A stretch of 64,000 nt of DNA from Thermodesulfobacteriota bacterium. Its GTDB lineage: Bacteria; Desulfobacterota_D; UBA1144; Nemesobacterales; UBA2774. Within the stretch, counting starts at the first letter, position 1. The number at the start of each line of letters is the position of its first letter. The DNA lies in contig OZ244197.1 in the NCBI GenBank assembly GCA_965216785.1, positions 1,472,001-1,536,000 of the forward strand, given 5' to 3'. A program made the position numbers and the translations under genes. The notes under the pieces were generated by a model, which did no database searches, was not told the DNA's origin, and saw only the letters and a list, made by a program, of their open reading frames with translations. Below, in pieces: positions 1 to 9,418 of this stretch.

Positions 1-1
1 G

Positions 2-1090
2 AACGATCCTAAATTTAAGGAAGAGCTCGAGTATTATCTGGCAGAGTATGTCGGAAGGCCCACGCCTCTTTATTTTGCGGAGAGAATGACCGAGGACTTG
101 GGGGGAGCCAAAATATATTTAAAACGTGAAGATTTGGCGCACACGGGCGCTCACAAGATTAATAACACTATTGGGCAGGCGCTCCTCGCCTCACGTATGG
201 GTAAAAAGAGGATTATCGCGGAAACCGGGGCAGGGCAGCACGGAGTCGCCACAGCCACAGTAGCGGCGCTTCTGAACATGGAGTGCGAGATATTCATGGG
301 GCAGGAAGACACAGTACGGCAGGCGCTTAACGTTCTGCGTATGAAGCTTCTGGGCGCAACAGTAAGAGAAGTAACACAGGGTACAAAAACGTTAAAAGAC
401 GCCATGAACGAGGCTATGAGGGACTGGATTACAAATGTTAGAGATACTTTTTATATAATCGGGAGCGTCGCGGGCCCGCACCCCTATCCAATGATGGTCA
501 GGGATTTTCAGTCCGTGATCGGCAGGGAAGCAAGAGAGCAGATTCTTGAGCGCGAAGACCGCCTCCCGGATCTTTTGGTCGCGTGCGTTGGGGGAGGCTC
601 AAACGCCATGGGGCTTTTCTATCCGTTCCTCGAGGACGAGAGCGTAAAGATGGCGGGTGTTGAAGCCGCGGGCGAGGGAATACAGACAGGCCATCACTCT
701 GCCAGCATAACGGATGGCTCGGTCGGGGTACTCCACGGGACAAAGACTTACCTCCTCCAGGACGAAGACGGCCAGGTAAAGGGCGCTCACTCTATAGCCC
801 CGGGGCTCGATTATCCCGGTGTAGGCCCCGAGCACTCTCACCTGTACGATTCCGGCAGGGTTTCTTATACGAATGTGACAGACGGCGAGGCGCTAGAGGG
901 GTTTTCGTATCTCTCCAAGGTCGAGGGGATAATCCCGGCCCTTGAATCCTCACACGCGGTCGCGTACGCCATGAAAGCGGCCCCCGAGATGTCAAAGGAC
1001 TCGATAATCATTATCTGTCTATCCGGAAGGGGCGATAAAGACTTAAATTCCGTAGCCCATATGCTGCAAACAGACCAGGAGCAGCAATAA
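2..1090 (+). CDS. trpB: Tryptophan synthase beta chain (5'-truncated by window edge)
   Basis: Frame open from nt 2 ([29 protein letters not shown]...); motifs [15 protein letters not shown] (PLP lysine), [36 protein letters not shown]. Confidence 0.98.
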   Translation, partial: NDPKFKEELEYYLAEYVGRPTPLYFAERMTEDLGGAKIYLKREDLAHTGAHKINNTIGQALLASRMGKKRIIAETGAGQHGVATATVAALLNMECEIFMGQEDTVRQALNVLRMKLLGATVREVTQGTKTLKDAMNEAMRDWITNVRDTFYIIGSVAGPHPYPMMVRDFQSVIGREAREQILEREDRLPDLLVACVGGGSNAMGLFYPFLEDESVKMAGVEAAGEGIQTGHHSASITDGSVGVLHGTKTYLLQDEDGQVKGAHSIAPGLDYPGVGPEHSHLYDSGRVSYTNVTDGEALEGFSYLSKVEGIIPALESSHAVAYAMKAAPEMSKDSIIIICLSGRGDKDLNSVAHMLQTDQEQQ

Positions 1091-1120
1091 GCGGGTATAG
1101 TCAAAACGGCCTCTGCTGTC

Positions 1121-1148
1121 TTGACATTGGTTTTAGAGGTGTTAGAGT
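1121..1148 (+). promoter_or_regulatory. Putative sigma70 promoter in the trpB-trpA gap
   Basis: TTGACA (1121-1126), 16-nt spacer, extended -10 TGnTAGAGT (TAGAGT at 1143-1148). Confidence 0.4.
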
Positions 1149-1299
1149 TTGGTCGAAATACAGAGAACTTCAGGGGATGGGTATACTAATCATAACAGCT
1201 GAATTTTCTGCAATCGCCGCCGGCTATACATAGTTTTCAAGCACGGTGCTGATGAAGCTTTTCCTAAATCACCCGGTCTAAATCACCCATTTAAAAGTC

Positions 1300-2127
1300 A
1301 TGAACAGAATAGAGAAAAAGTTCCGCGAGCTTAATGATAAAGGGAGAACCGCTTTGGTAACCTATGTTACAGCGGGCGATCCTTCTATCGAAATGACTCC
1401 GGACATAGTGCTAAAGCTCGAGGAGAGCGGGGCTGATATTATAGAGCTCGGTGTACCGTTCTCTGACCCCATGGCGGACGGCCCTGTAATACAGCTTGCC
1501 TCGGAAAGGGCTCTGAAAAGCGGTACTACTCTCAAAAGTGTGCTGGAATCTGTCAAATCCATAAGGCGGCATTCCGATATACCTATAATACTTTTTGGCT
1601 ATTACAACCCTTTCTTAACTTACGGTCTTGAGAAGTTTGCCTCTGATGCCGCACGGGCTGGAGCTGACGGAGTGCTCGTAGTAGACCTGCCGCCAGAGGA
1701 AGCTTCGGAATTCAAAGTTCATACCGACAACGAAGGACTCAATCTTATTTTTCTCTTAGCCCCCACGAGCACGCACGAGCGTGTGAATCTAATAGCAGAG
1801 CACGCCAGCGGTTTCGTATACCTTGTTTCTGTCACGGGGGTCACCGGAGTTAGAACACAAGTGGATGGTTCGCTCGATTCGCTCTGCAGCGAGATAAAAC
1901 AAACGACTCGCCTCCCTGTAGGGGTGGGCTTCGGCATATCTTCTCCGGAGCAGGTAGAGAGCATCTCGGGCTTCGCGGACGCGGTTATTGTAGGAAGCGC
2001 CATAGTACGATTAATTGAAAAGCACGGTCAGGACAAAGACGCGCTCTTAGAGCGGCTTTCTGATTTTGTAGGTTCATTAAGCGCTCCTTGCGGCGGCACA
2101 TCCGGCGAGGCAGTGTCAGAGGCGTAG
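1300..2127 (+). CDS. trpA: Tryptophan synthase alpha chain
   Basis: ELGVPFSDPMADGPVIQ, YYNP, VDLPPEE, VSVTGVTG, VGFGIS, VIVGSAIV; follows trpB. Confidence 0.98.
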   Translation: MNRIEKKFRELNDKGRTALVTYVTAGDPSIEMTPDIVLKLEESGADIIELGVPFSDPMADGPVIQLASERALKSGTTLKSVLESVKSIRRHSDIPIILFGYYNPFLTYGLEKFASDAARAGADGVLVVDLPPEEASEFKVHTDNEGLNLIFLLAPTSTHERVNLIAEHASGFVYLVSVTGVTGVRTQVDGSLDSLCSEIKQTTRLPVGVGFGISSPEQVESISGFADAVIVGSAIVRLIEKHGQDKDALLERLSDFVGSLSAPCGGTSGEAVSEA

Positions 2128-2131
2128 ATAG

Positions 2132-3466
2132 ATGCAGAAAGAGCAACATAGATACCTTTTTATCGGGGAGTTCGATTCCCTTTTGCTCGGTCTTTTTTCA
2201 AAGAGAGGAGAAGTAATATGGGTAAGCTCTTTGGAAGAGGCGCTTAACCAGACCGGGAATTTTACTATTATAATGATCGAGCACAACTCTTTTTCCCCGA
2301 AAATCTCAAAAGAGCTTGGGGTTCATTACCCATTAACCCCGCTTATTGTCAGTAACGGCTCAGAGCACGGCGAGCCGCCTGCTTCCGTCAGATTTGTCGC
2401 GTTTGATAAATTACTGTCTGAACAAATCTCGCGAGAGGAAAGGCTTGCACGTACAGAGCTCCGTGTGGAAGAGTTAAGGGCGGTTCACGCAAACGCAAAG
2501 AAGATGCTCATCCTGCTTCACGACCACCCGGACCCGGACTCCATCGCAAGCGCGCTTGCGCTCAGAACACTCCTTAGGAGAAATAAGCAGACGGCTATAA
2601 TCGGACATCTGGGAGAGAAAATATCGAGGCCTGAAAACGTCGCCATGATCGAGCTCCTCGATATCGATCTTAAAGCCCTCACTTACGCAAAGCTAAAGGC
2701 TTATGACTCTATTGCGCTGGTAGATGTGCAGCCTACGTTTTTCAGCGACAAGCTGCCCCCGGTGGACACGGTTATCGACCACCACCCGATGGTTGACTCA
2801 TATGAAGCGAAATTCAAGGAGATCAGGGCTGAAGAAGGCGCTACCTCCACAATACTTACAAAATACCTTAGGTCTTCTCAGATGGTGATCTCTGAAAGGC
2901 TAGCGACAGCGCTTCTATATGGTATCAAGACCGATACCATTACTCTTAATAGAGACGCTAACCCTGATGATGTCGAGGCTTTTACCTTCCTGTACCCGGA
3001 CGCGAACCTTCCGCTGCTCAGGCGTATTGAGCGCGCTGAGGTGCCGCCCGAGGAAATAAAGTCATTCGGTCAGGCGCTTGCCGACCACTGGATTAAAGAT
3101 GATATCTTCTTCGTCAATGTGGGCAGGGTGGACAGAGAGTACATGATACCCAAGATGGCTGATTTCGGCATACAGGTAAAGGGTGTCGAGTGGTCTGTAG
3201 CTTTCGGAATATTGTCTAATTCTCACCTTGTTATATCAGTAAGGAACGTAGGTTATGTTAAGAGCGCCGGTCGCCTTGTTAGGGATTTATTCCGTGAGAT
3301 AGGAAGCGCCGGCGGACACCGCTCGGCCGCAAAAGCAGTCATTTCTCTTAGTAAAGTGAGAAAGACCATCGGAAAAGGCTCACAGGATAAAATTAAGAAA
3401 TGGCTCACGGATGTCTTTACAAAAGCTGTAACCGAAAAAGCGGAAGAAGAAAACAGTAAAGCATAA
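2132..3466 (+). CDS. DHH/DHHA1 family phosphoesterase (NrnA-like) with ~120-aa N-terminal extension
   Basis: HDHPDPDSIAS, VDVQ, IDHHP, GIKTDT, SVR and AGGH motifs. Confidence 0.88.
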   Translation: MQKEQHRYLFIGEFDSLLLGLFSKRGEVIWVSSLEEALNQTGNFTIIMIEHNSFSPKISKELGVHYPLTPLIVSNGSEHGEPPASVRFVAFDKLLSEQISREERLARTELRVEELRAVHANAKKMLILLHDHPDPDSIASALALRTLLRRNKQTAIIGHLGEKISRPENVAMIELLDIDLKALTYAKLKAYDSIALVDVQPTFFSDKLPPVDTVIDHHPMVDSYEAKFKEIRAEEGATSTILTKYLRSSQMVISERLATALLYGIKTDTITLNRDANPDDVEAFTFLYPDANLPLLRRIERAEVPPEEIKSFGQALADHWIKDDIFFVNVGRVDREYMIPKMADFGIQVKGVEWSVAFGILSNSHLVISVRNVGYVKSAGRLVRDLFREIGSAGGHRSAAKAVISLSKVRKTIGKGSQDKIKKWLTDVFTKAVTEKAEEENSKA

Positions 3467-3563
3467 GCTTCTTGAAACCCTCAGACTCATCCCCAGTGTG
3501 ATTATCCCTAAATACTGACAATTTATTGTATAACTCCCTGTGACAGAATATAATCATGGCGTC

Positions 3564-4499
3564 ATGAGAATTATTTTCATGGGTACGCCCGAGTTCGCGG
3601 TACCTACTTTAAAAGCGCTTTCGGATTCAGAGGACGATGTGGTCGCGGTCATTTCCCAGCCCGATAAGCACAGGGGCAGGGGAAGAAAGCTTGCTCCGAC
3701 CCCGACCAAGCTCTTTGCTGAGGAGCACGGTATCCCTGTGCTTCAGCCCCCAAAGATCAAAACCCAAGAGTTCCTGAACGAGATCCGGGGCTTAAACCCG
3801 GATCTCATAGTCGTAGCCGCGTACGGAAAGATCCTTTCCGGCGAGCTCCTCGAAATACCTCCCCACGGCTGCATAAACGTACACCCTTCGCTCCTTCCCA
3901 AGTACAGGGGCGCCTCTCCCCTTAATAGCGCGGTAGTAAGCGGCGATAAAGTAACCGGGGTTACTATCATGCAACTCGACGAAGGCATGGATACGGGTGA
4001 TATACTTCTTCAAAGGCCGGCGCCGATTGAAGATGACGATACTGCCGAAACTTTAAGCTCAAAACTCTCAGAGCTTGGAGCCGAGCTTTTACTGGAAACT
4101 ATCAAGCTCCTTAAAGCCGGCGCTCTTGAGCCTCAAAAACAGGACGATACCCTCGCAAGCCATACCCATATGCTATCGAAAGAGGACGGCCTTATCGACT
4201 GGAGTAAATCTGCTACTGAAATTAGGAACCTGATCCGGGGTATGCTCCCCTGGCCTGGTGCGTATACATATCTCGGGGACAAAATGCTAAAGATTTATTC
4301 TGCCGAATGTGCTCATAGAGGGGGCAGCCCAGGCGAGGTGTTGGGTGCTTTTAAGGGAGTGCTCGAAGTCGCTTGTGGTGAGGGCTCGCTCATAATTTCA
4401 GAGCTTCAGATAGAAGGCGGTAAACGCCTGGACGCTAAATCCTTTCTTTCAGGTAGAATGATAGATCCGGGTACTATTCTCGGTCAAGATAATCCTTAA
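3564..4499 (+). CDS. fmt: Methionyl-tRNA formyltransferase
   Basis: MRIIFMGTPEFAV, VAAYGKIL, INVHPSLLPKYRG, MDTGDI; start placed at ATG 3564. Confidence 0.97.
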   Translation: MRIIFMGTPEFAVPTLKALSDSEDDVVAVISQPDKHRGRGRKLAPTPTKLFAEEHGIPVLQPPKIKTQEFLNEIRGLNPDLIVVAAYGKILSGELLEIPPHGCINVHPSLLPKYRGASPLNSAVVSGDKVTGVTIMQLDEGMDTGDILLQRPAPIEDDDTAETLSSKLSELGAELLLETIKLLKAGALEPQKQDDTLASHTHMLSKEDGLIDWSKSATEIRNLIRGMLPWPGAYTYLGDKMLKIYSAECAHRGGSPGEVLGAFKGVLEVACGEGSLIISELQIEGGKRLDAKSFLSGRMIDPGTILGQDNP

Positions 4500-5077
4500 T
4501 CAACCCTCTTACAGCTATCACCGATATCAGCTAGATGTTCTTTTACCTGCTCAAGCGTCGCCTCTTGGATATCTTCACTCGTACATGCTTTTAGAAGTAA
4601 TTCCCTGCCTTTCTCTGTGTGTCCGGTATTTATGTAAAGAACACCGAGCGTATCTAAAGCGTAGGGAGGTATTTGCTCCAGGCTTTCCGTTGCGCTCATC
4701 ATATATACGAGGGCTTCCTCATAACCCTCTTTTGTCTCAATGTTAAGTGAAGCCAGGTTATTGGCTGCCTCAAGGTTCTTATCGTCTATTGAAAGAGCTC
4801 TCTTATAGTATTTCTCGGCGTTTGTGTATTCTCCTAGCTTATAGTAAACGTTTGCGGTATTCACAAGCGGGGTCACGAGTCTTGGATCACCTTCAATCGC
4901 CTTTGAATACTCTCTTAGCGCAAGCTCGTACTTTTCCTCTCTTTCGTAAATTACACCTAGGTTGTTATGCTCCTCGGCGCTAAGCGGGTCTTCCATAAAG
5001 AGCGATCCCGTGAGCGCGGCGCATCCTGTCAGCAAAACGGCTGTAATAATAAATATAGAGCGGATAATGCCTTTCAC
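4496..5077 (-). CDS. TPR-repeat lipoprotein
   Basis: Lipobox LTGC; TPR repeats (HNNLGVIY, NTANVYYKLGEY, ANNLASL, LDTLGVLY). Confidence 0.85.
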   Translation of the reverse strand: MKGIIRSIFIITAVLLTGCAALTGSLFMEDPLSAEEHNNLGVIYEREEKYELALREYSKAIEGDPRLVTPLVNTANVYYKLGEYTNAEKYYKRALSIDDKNLEAANNLASLNIETKEGYEEALVYMMSATESLEQIPPYALDTLGVLYINTGHTEKGRELLLKACTSEDIQEATLEQVKEHLADIGDSCKRVD

Positions 5078-5628
5078 TTTTCAATCACCAGCATTAGGCG
5101 GTTCATTTTCTCCCACTCAGAGTCAAGCCTCGAGGACTCGATTTCTCGGTCTTGTTCAAAACCTGTGTGAAGGACGAACGTGTTTCTTGAGCTTGAATAT
5201 CCATAAACCACGTAGTAGTGCGGTACACTAACGCGCCATTTTCCCCTGTCCACAAGGAGTATCACGGGTACACCTTCAACTATCAGTGTCTTTAACTGCT
5301 CGATGCTTCCGTTTTCAGTTTTTGATTTGAACCCCTGTTCCCGGGCGAAATTCTCCATATCTGAGATAAGCGCCCCGTTTAACGCCGGTGTATACACAAC
5401 CTGCGCCACATCATCCTGAGTAAGCGTGCTTCCGTAATGGGCCATCACCGATGCCATCGCTGCCGGTCCGCAAAAATCGTCTTTTTGCTTAACGAAGGGG
5501 ACGTTTTCAATAACAGATGCTAATTCAACAGGCGCGGCGCTCTGGGCACTATAGTCCGTTTGCGTACATCCGTAGACGCAGGTGATACACAGCATCCAAG
5601 CCAGCAATATCCGGGTGTTTCTAAGCAT
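5074..5628 (-). CDS. C39-like cysteine peptidase lipoprotein (PA2778-type)
   Basis: Lipobox VYGC; VPFVKQKDDFCGPAAMASV (Q-x4-C nucleophile), GVPVILLV, PHYYVVYGY (His). Confidence 0.85.
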   Translation of the reverse strand: MLRNTRILLAWMLCITCVYGCTQTDYSAQSAAPVELASVIENVPFVKQKDDFCGPAAMASVMAHYGSTLTQDDVAQVVYTPALNGALISDMENFAREQGFKSKTENGSIEQLKTLIVEGVPVILLVDRGKWRVSVPHYYVVYGYSSSRNTFVLHTGFEQDREIESSRLDSEWEKMNRLMLVIEK

Positions 5629-5658
5629 GTAAACTGTAGGGTATTGATTACAAAAGGC

Positions 5659-6063
5659 CTATACTCTCTTCCACAGGAATATTATAAGAAGTACCAGGGC
5701 AACGATTACAAGTATCGCGATAATTACTCCCGTTGCGCCGTCTCCACCTGCCGGTATCCGGTCCGAAAGAGAGGCTATCTGGTGTACCTGATCATCCGTC
5801 ATAGTTGCGAGCTTGTCAGAAACTTCCTCTGGAGTCAAACCGTGACTTTGTAGCTTCTCAGCGACTATTTTGTTTTCCAGCGCGCGTCTTACTTTCTTCT
5901 CATTTATTTCCCTAAGCGTAGATGCGTTTTGCCCTTCCTCTATCATCTGTGAATCGACCATAGCGGCCTGGGCGGTGCTATGAATGAGCGCTGTGGGCGT
6001 AAAAGTAAACAGGATCAGAAAAATTATTGAAAGATTGAATTTTCTCAGTGTTGAGTGGTTCAT
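5659..6063 (-). CDS. PA2779-family exported protein with C-terminal PAGGD motif and hydrophobic tail
   Basis: Signal peptide ending AQA; LQSHGLTPEEVSDKLATMTDDQVHQIA...RIPAGGD then TM helix and WKRV; GGAGG RBS before ATG 6063. Confidence 0.8.
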   Translation of the reverse strand: MNHSTLRKFNLSIIFLILFTFTPTALIHSTAQAAMVDSQMIEEGQNASTLREINEKKVRRALENKIVAEKLQSHGLTPEEVSDKLATMTDDQVHQIASLSDRIPAGGDGATGVIIAILVIVALVLLIIFLWKRV

Positions 6064-6301
6064 ATCCGTCCTCCTCTCTTGGTTTAAATCATGTCCTCTC
6101 ATATTTGTAACCGATAATTCGAGCTAAACAAAGCTGTTTTTGAAGACGACCGCACTTTAATACTCAACTTAACTTAGGTTATGTCGTAACAGGCCGGATG
6201 GAGGTATAAAAAGACGACACCACTGCCGCTGAGCAGACGTATGCCCGCGGGTGTTTTCCGCTTTTGCCAATCATATACACTATGGTAGTATATCAAACCT
6301 T

Positions 6302-6859
6302 ATGTTGCAGGTGCTAACAGGCTCGCAAAAGGGGAGAAAGCTAAAGGTCCCGAAAGGGAGCAAAGTGCGTCCTCCGACAAGCCGTGTAAAGAAATCGATT
6401 TTCGACAGACTGGGCGATATCAGCGGCCTCAGAGTGCTCGATGTATTTTCAGGCTCGGGGAGTCTCGGTATAGAGGCGCTCAGCAGGGACGCTGAACATG
6501 TGACTTTCATAGAAAAAGACCCCGCCGCTTACAAGGTGCTGTCAGAGAACCTTAAGACATGCGGTTTTCTCGGTAGCGCGGAGCTCATCTGCTCGGATTA
6601 TGAATCGGCGCTTAAAAAACTAAAGAGCGGGGGTGAGAGCTATGAGCTGGTATTTGTGGACCCCCCTTACGAGCTGTATAAGAGTAAGGAAGTTAGCGAT
6701 TTCGTTGAAAAGGCCGGGGAGCTGCTTGTCGAGTTAGGTATCCTCATTATAGAGCATGACCATAAAATTGAAGATTCTCCCGAGGGTTTTAGTAGGTTCA
6801 CGAAGCCTTTCGGCGGAACTCATGTAAGTTATTTCACAAAAGAGGTGTCAAGTGAGTAA
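6302..6859 (+). CDS. rsmD: 16S rRNA m2G966 methyltransferase
   Basis: GSQKGRKL, VRPPTSRVKKSIF, VLDVFSGSGSLGIEALSR, FVDPPY; upstream of coaD. Confidence 0.92.
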   Translation: MLQVLTGSQKGRKLKVPKGSKVRPPTSRVKKSIFDRLGDISGLRVLDVFSGSGSLGIEALSRDAEHVTFIEKDPAAYKVLSENLKTCGFLGSAELICSDYESALKKLKSGGESYELVFVDPPYELYKSKEVSDFVEKAGELLVELGILIIEHDHKIEDSPEGFSRFTKPFGGTHVSYFTKEVSSE

Positions 6860-7337
6860 AGTAGCCATATACCCCGGATCGTTCGATCCTTTTACAAGAG
6901 GTCATATGAATATCATTGACCGGGGCATAAAGGTATTCGACAAAGTTATTGTTGCAGTCGCGCACAATAAATCTAAAAATACTATTTTTACGCTTGAAGA
7001 GAGAGTTCAGATACTACAAACCTTATTTGATGGGCGAAGTGATGTCGAGGTAGACTCCTTTGAGGGTCTGCTCGTTGATTACGTAATTAAGCGCGGCACA
7101 AATGTTGTGCTCCGCGGCATGAGAACAGTGTCCGATTTTGAGTACGAGCTTCAAATGGCCCTCGCCAATAAGACTCTTAACGACGGGGTTGAAACGGTCT
7201 TTATGGTTACGGACAGTGAATTCTCTCACATCAGCTCATCGGTGATTAAAGAAGTCGTTTCACTCAACGGTTCGGCGTCTCACATGGTCCCGGATATTGT
7301 TGAGAAGAAACTCAGAGAAAAATTGTTATCTAGCTAG
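6852..7337 (+). CDS. coaD: Pantetheine-phosphate adenylyltransferase
   Basis: AIYPGSFDPFTRGH, RGMRTVSDFEYE, ISSSVIKEV. Confidence 0.97.
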   Translation: MSKVAIYPGSFDPFTRGHMNIIDRGIKVFDKVIVAVAHNKSKNTIFTLEERVQILQTLFDGRSDVEVDSFEGLLVDYVIKRGTNVVLRGMRTVSDFEYELQMALANKTLNDGVETVFMVTDSEFSHISSSVIKEVVSLNGSASHMVPDIVEKKLREKLLSS

Positions 7338-7352
7338 GAGGAGTTCCAACAC

Positions 7353-8543
7353 ATGAAATTATCAACACGTGCCAAGCGGCTAAAGCCATCCGCTACACTC
7401 ACGATTACAGCAAAAGCCAAAGAGCTGAAATCACAGGGCGTAGATGTTATAGGGTTCGGGGCGGGAGAGCCCGATTTCGACAGCCCCGAGCACGTAAAAG
7501 AAGAGGCTATTAAAGCTATACGGCAAGGACTTACAAAATATACGGCGGTAGGCGGAATTGACGAGCTCAAGGACTCCATAATCGGAAGACTAAGAGAAGA
7601 CCATGGTCTTGAGTACGAAAGATCAGAGATAATTGTATCTATCGGCGCCAAGCACTCTCTTTACAATCTCATTCAGGTCCTCGTCGACTCGGGCGACGAG
7701 GTCATCGTGCCCGCACCCTACTGGGTATCCTATCCAGAGCAAATAACACTTGCCGAAGGTACTCCCGTAATACTTGAGACAAGTGAGGAAAACGGTTTTA
7801 AGATAGAGCCGGACGAGCTTAAAAAGCATATAAACTCCAGCACTAAAGCGCTCATATTGAACTATCCCTCAAACCCAACGGGCGCTACATACAATGAAGA
7901 AGAGCTAAGGGCCATTGTAGATGTAGCCATGGATGCGGGTATCGCGATCATTTCAGATGAGATTTACGAGAAGATACTGTATAACGGTCTCAAGCACACT
8001 CCTGTGGCCGCGCTCGGTGAAGATATTAAGAAGGCCACTATGCTTGTAAACGGAGTCTCAAAAACATACTCGATGACAGGCTGGAGAATAGGCTACGCGG
8101 CGGGAGACAAAGAAGTTATTAGCGCTATGTCCAAGCTCCAGGGGCAGTCCACATCTAACCCCACATCCATTGCCCAGTGGGCGGCAATCGCCGCTTTCAG
8201 CGGCCCGCATGACGAAATCGTCAGGCGCACAGGGGAGTTTGAGGAGAGGAAAAACTACATAGTTGAGAGACTAAACAGAATCCCCGGGATAAGCTGTTTC
8301 AGCCCACAGGGGGCTTTTTACGTGTTTCCCAACGTCTCAGGGTTCTACGGTAAGGAATATGACGGCAAGCTTATAAAAGACTCTCTCGATTTTACAGAAT
8401 ACATTCTTGTCGAGGCCAAGGTGGCGGTTGTGCCCGGAGTTGCTTTTGGCTCCGACGATCACGTTCGTATCTCCTACGCAACTTCGATGGACGATATAGT
8501 TAAGGGAATGGACAGGATGGAAGAGGCTTTAGGCCGCCTTTAG
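7353..8543 (+). CDS. aspC: Class I PLP aminotransferase (aspartate aminotransferase-like)
   Basis: GAGEPDF, PYWVSY, NYPSNPTG, SDEIYE, NGVSKTYSMTGWRIGY, PQGAFY. Confidence 0.9.
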   Translation: MKLSTRAKRLKPSATLTITAKAKELKSQGVDVIGFGAGEPDFDSPEHVKEEAIKAIRQGLTKYTAVGGIDELKDSIIGRLREDHGLEYERSEIIVSIGAKHSLYNLIQVLVDSGDEVIVPAPYWVSYPEQITLAEGTPVILETSEENGFKIEPDELKKHINSSTKALILNYPSNPTGATYNEEELRAIVDVAMDAGIAIISDEIYEKILYNGLKHTPVAALGEDIKKATMLVNGVSKTYSMTGWRIGYAAGDKEVISAMSKLQGQSTSNPTSIAQWAAIAAFSGPHDEIVRRTGEFEERKNYIVERLNRIPGISCFSPQGAFYVFPNVSGFYGKEYDGKLIKDSLDFTEYILVEAKVAVVPGVAFGSDDHVRISYATSMDDIVKGMDRMEEALGRL

Positions 8544-8623
8544 AGACAGCTTTAAAGGTGAATATTGAATATTCATAGTATTCGTCTATAATTTCAATTG
8601 GATTTTGGGTATGAGGCAGTACA

Positions 8624-8959
8624 TTGAAATTCAGCTTCCAACAATTTGTCGAAACTGAGTTAGAATTATTTCTCAGATTCAGTATACCGCTTGTTTTAAT
8701 CCTACAGCTATGCCTATCCGGATTCGCCTTATCTTTTGAGTCAAGTGGCGATCTTGCGCTTGAGAGCTGCAACCACGACAGTTCTGCTATATCACTGTTT
8801 TGTATTGAAGATACTGAAGGCAAAGGCTTAAATATAGGTCCTTTGACTTTAGATATTTATGACTCCATAAACTTAAGATTAAGTTCTGTCGATAAAGCTC
8901 CTCCCGGTAATTTTCTTTACCTCCATAATCATTCAAGATCACCTCCCCCCCGTATTTAA
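8624..8959 (+). CDS. Small hypothetical protein with hydrophobic N-terminal segment and C-terminal HSRSPP motif (start uncertain)
   Basis: Open frame with FSIPLVLILQLCLSGFALS, a CNH...C segment and terminal RSPPPRI. Confidence 0.45.
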   Translation: MKFSFQQFVETELELFLRFSIPLVLILQLCLSGFALSFESSGDLALESCNHDSSAISLFCIEDTEGKGLNIGPLTLDIYDSINLRLSSVDKAPPGNFLYLHNHSRSPPPRI

Positions 8960-9064
8960 CTCAAGTAATTCTTTGATATCTATAATTACAGCATTATTTG
9001 CTGACCTTAAAGAATTATAGGTGTACTTCCACTGAACTAGAAGAACAATACGGAGTGAAACAGC

Positions 9065-9301
9065 TTGGAAAAAACGAGAGAATTTGGTTTTTTGATAAAA
9101 ATGTTAATTGTTGTCATTATGTTAATTTGCAGTTGCGCAAAATCTCCAACTACGTTTTATGCAGTCCCGATATGCGACTGTAGATATAATCAGGAAGACC
9201 CAGGTAGCGGCTGCCACGGTACAAATGTCTGTGATCCTGACATTCCGTGCACTGTTTCAACCGGACGTAGTGATAAGTGTGTTCTGGAGGAAAGCCCCTA
9301 A
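9065..9301 (+). CDS. Small cysteine-rich lipoprotein
   Basis: GGAG about 9 nt before TTG; hydrophobic stretch with lipobox-like ICSC; six further Cys in the mature part. Confidence 0.55.
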   Translation: MEKTREFGFLIKMLIVVIMLICSCAKSPTTFYAVPICDCRYNQEDPGSGCHGTNVCDPDIPCTVSTGRSDKCVLEESP

Positions 9302-9319
9302 GTATTTCATATTAGAACA

Positions 9320-9354
9320 CCGGGCTCTGTTCCGTATATTGGATAAGAGCCCGG
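9320..9354. terminator. GC-rich stem-loop after the small lipoprotein gene
   Basis: CCGGGCTCT (9320-9328) pairs perfectly with AGAGCCCGG (9346-9354); no clear U-tract. Confidence 0.4.
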
Positions 9355-9418
9355 GGACATAAACTTAAATTCTACTAAACAGTTGATAATAATTTGGCAA
9401 TAGACTGAATAAACCAAC

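Noticed and set aside
1171-1262. Fluoride riboswitch, hammerhead or T-box/attenuator before trpA (GGGGATGG...GCTGATGA)
   Set aside because: The required P1 and pseudoknot pairings are absent, no GAAA follows a stem II, there is no T-box GGTGGxACC, and the mini-ORF has no Trp codons
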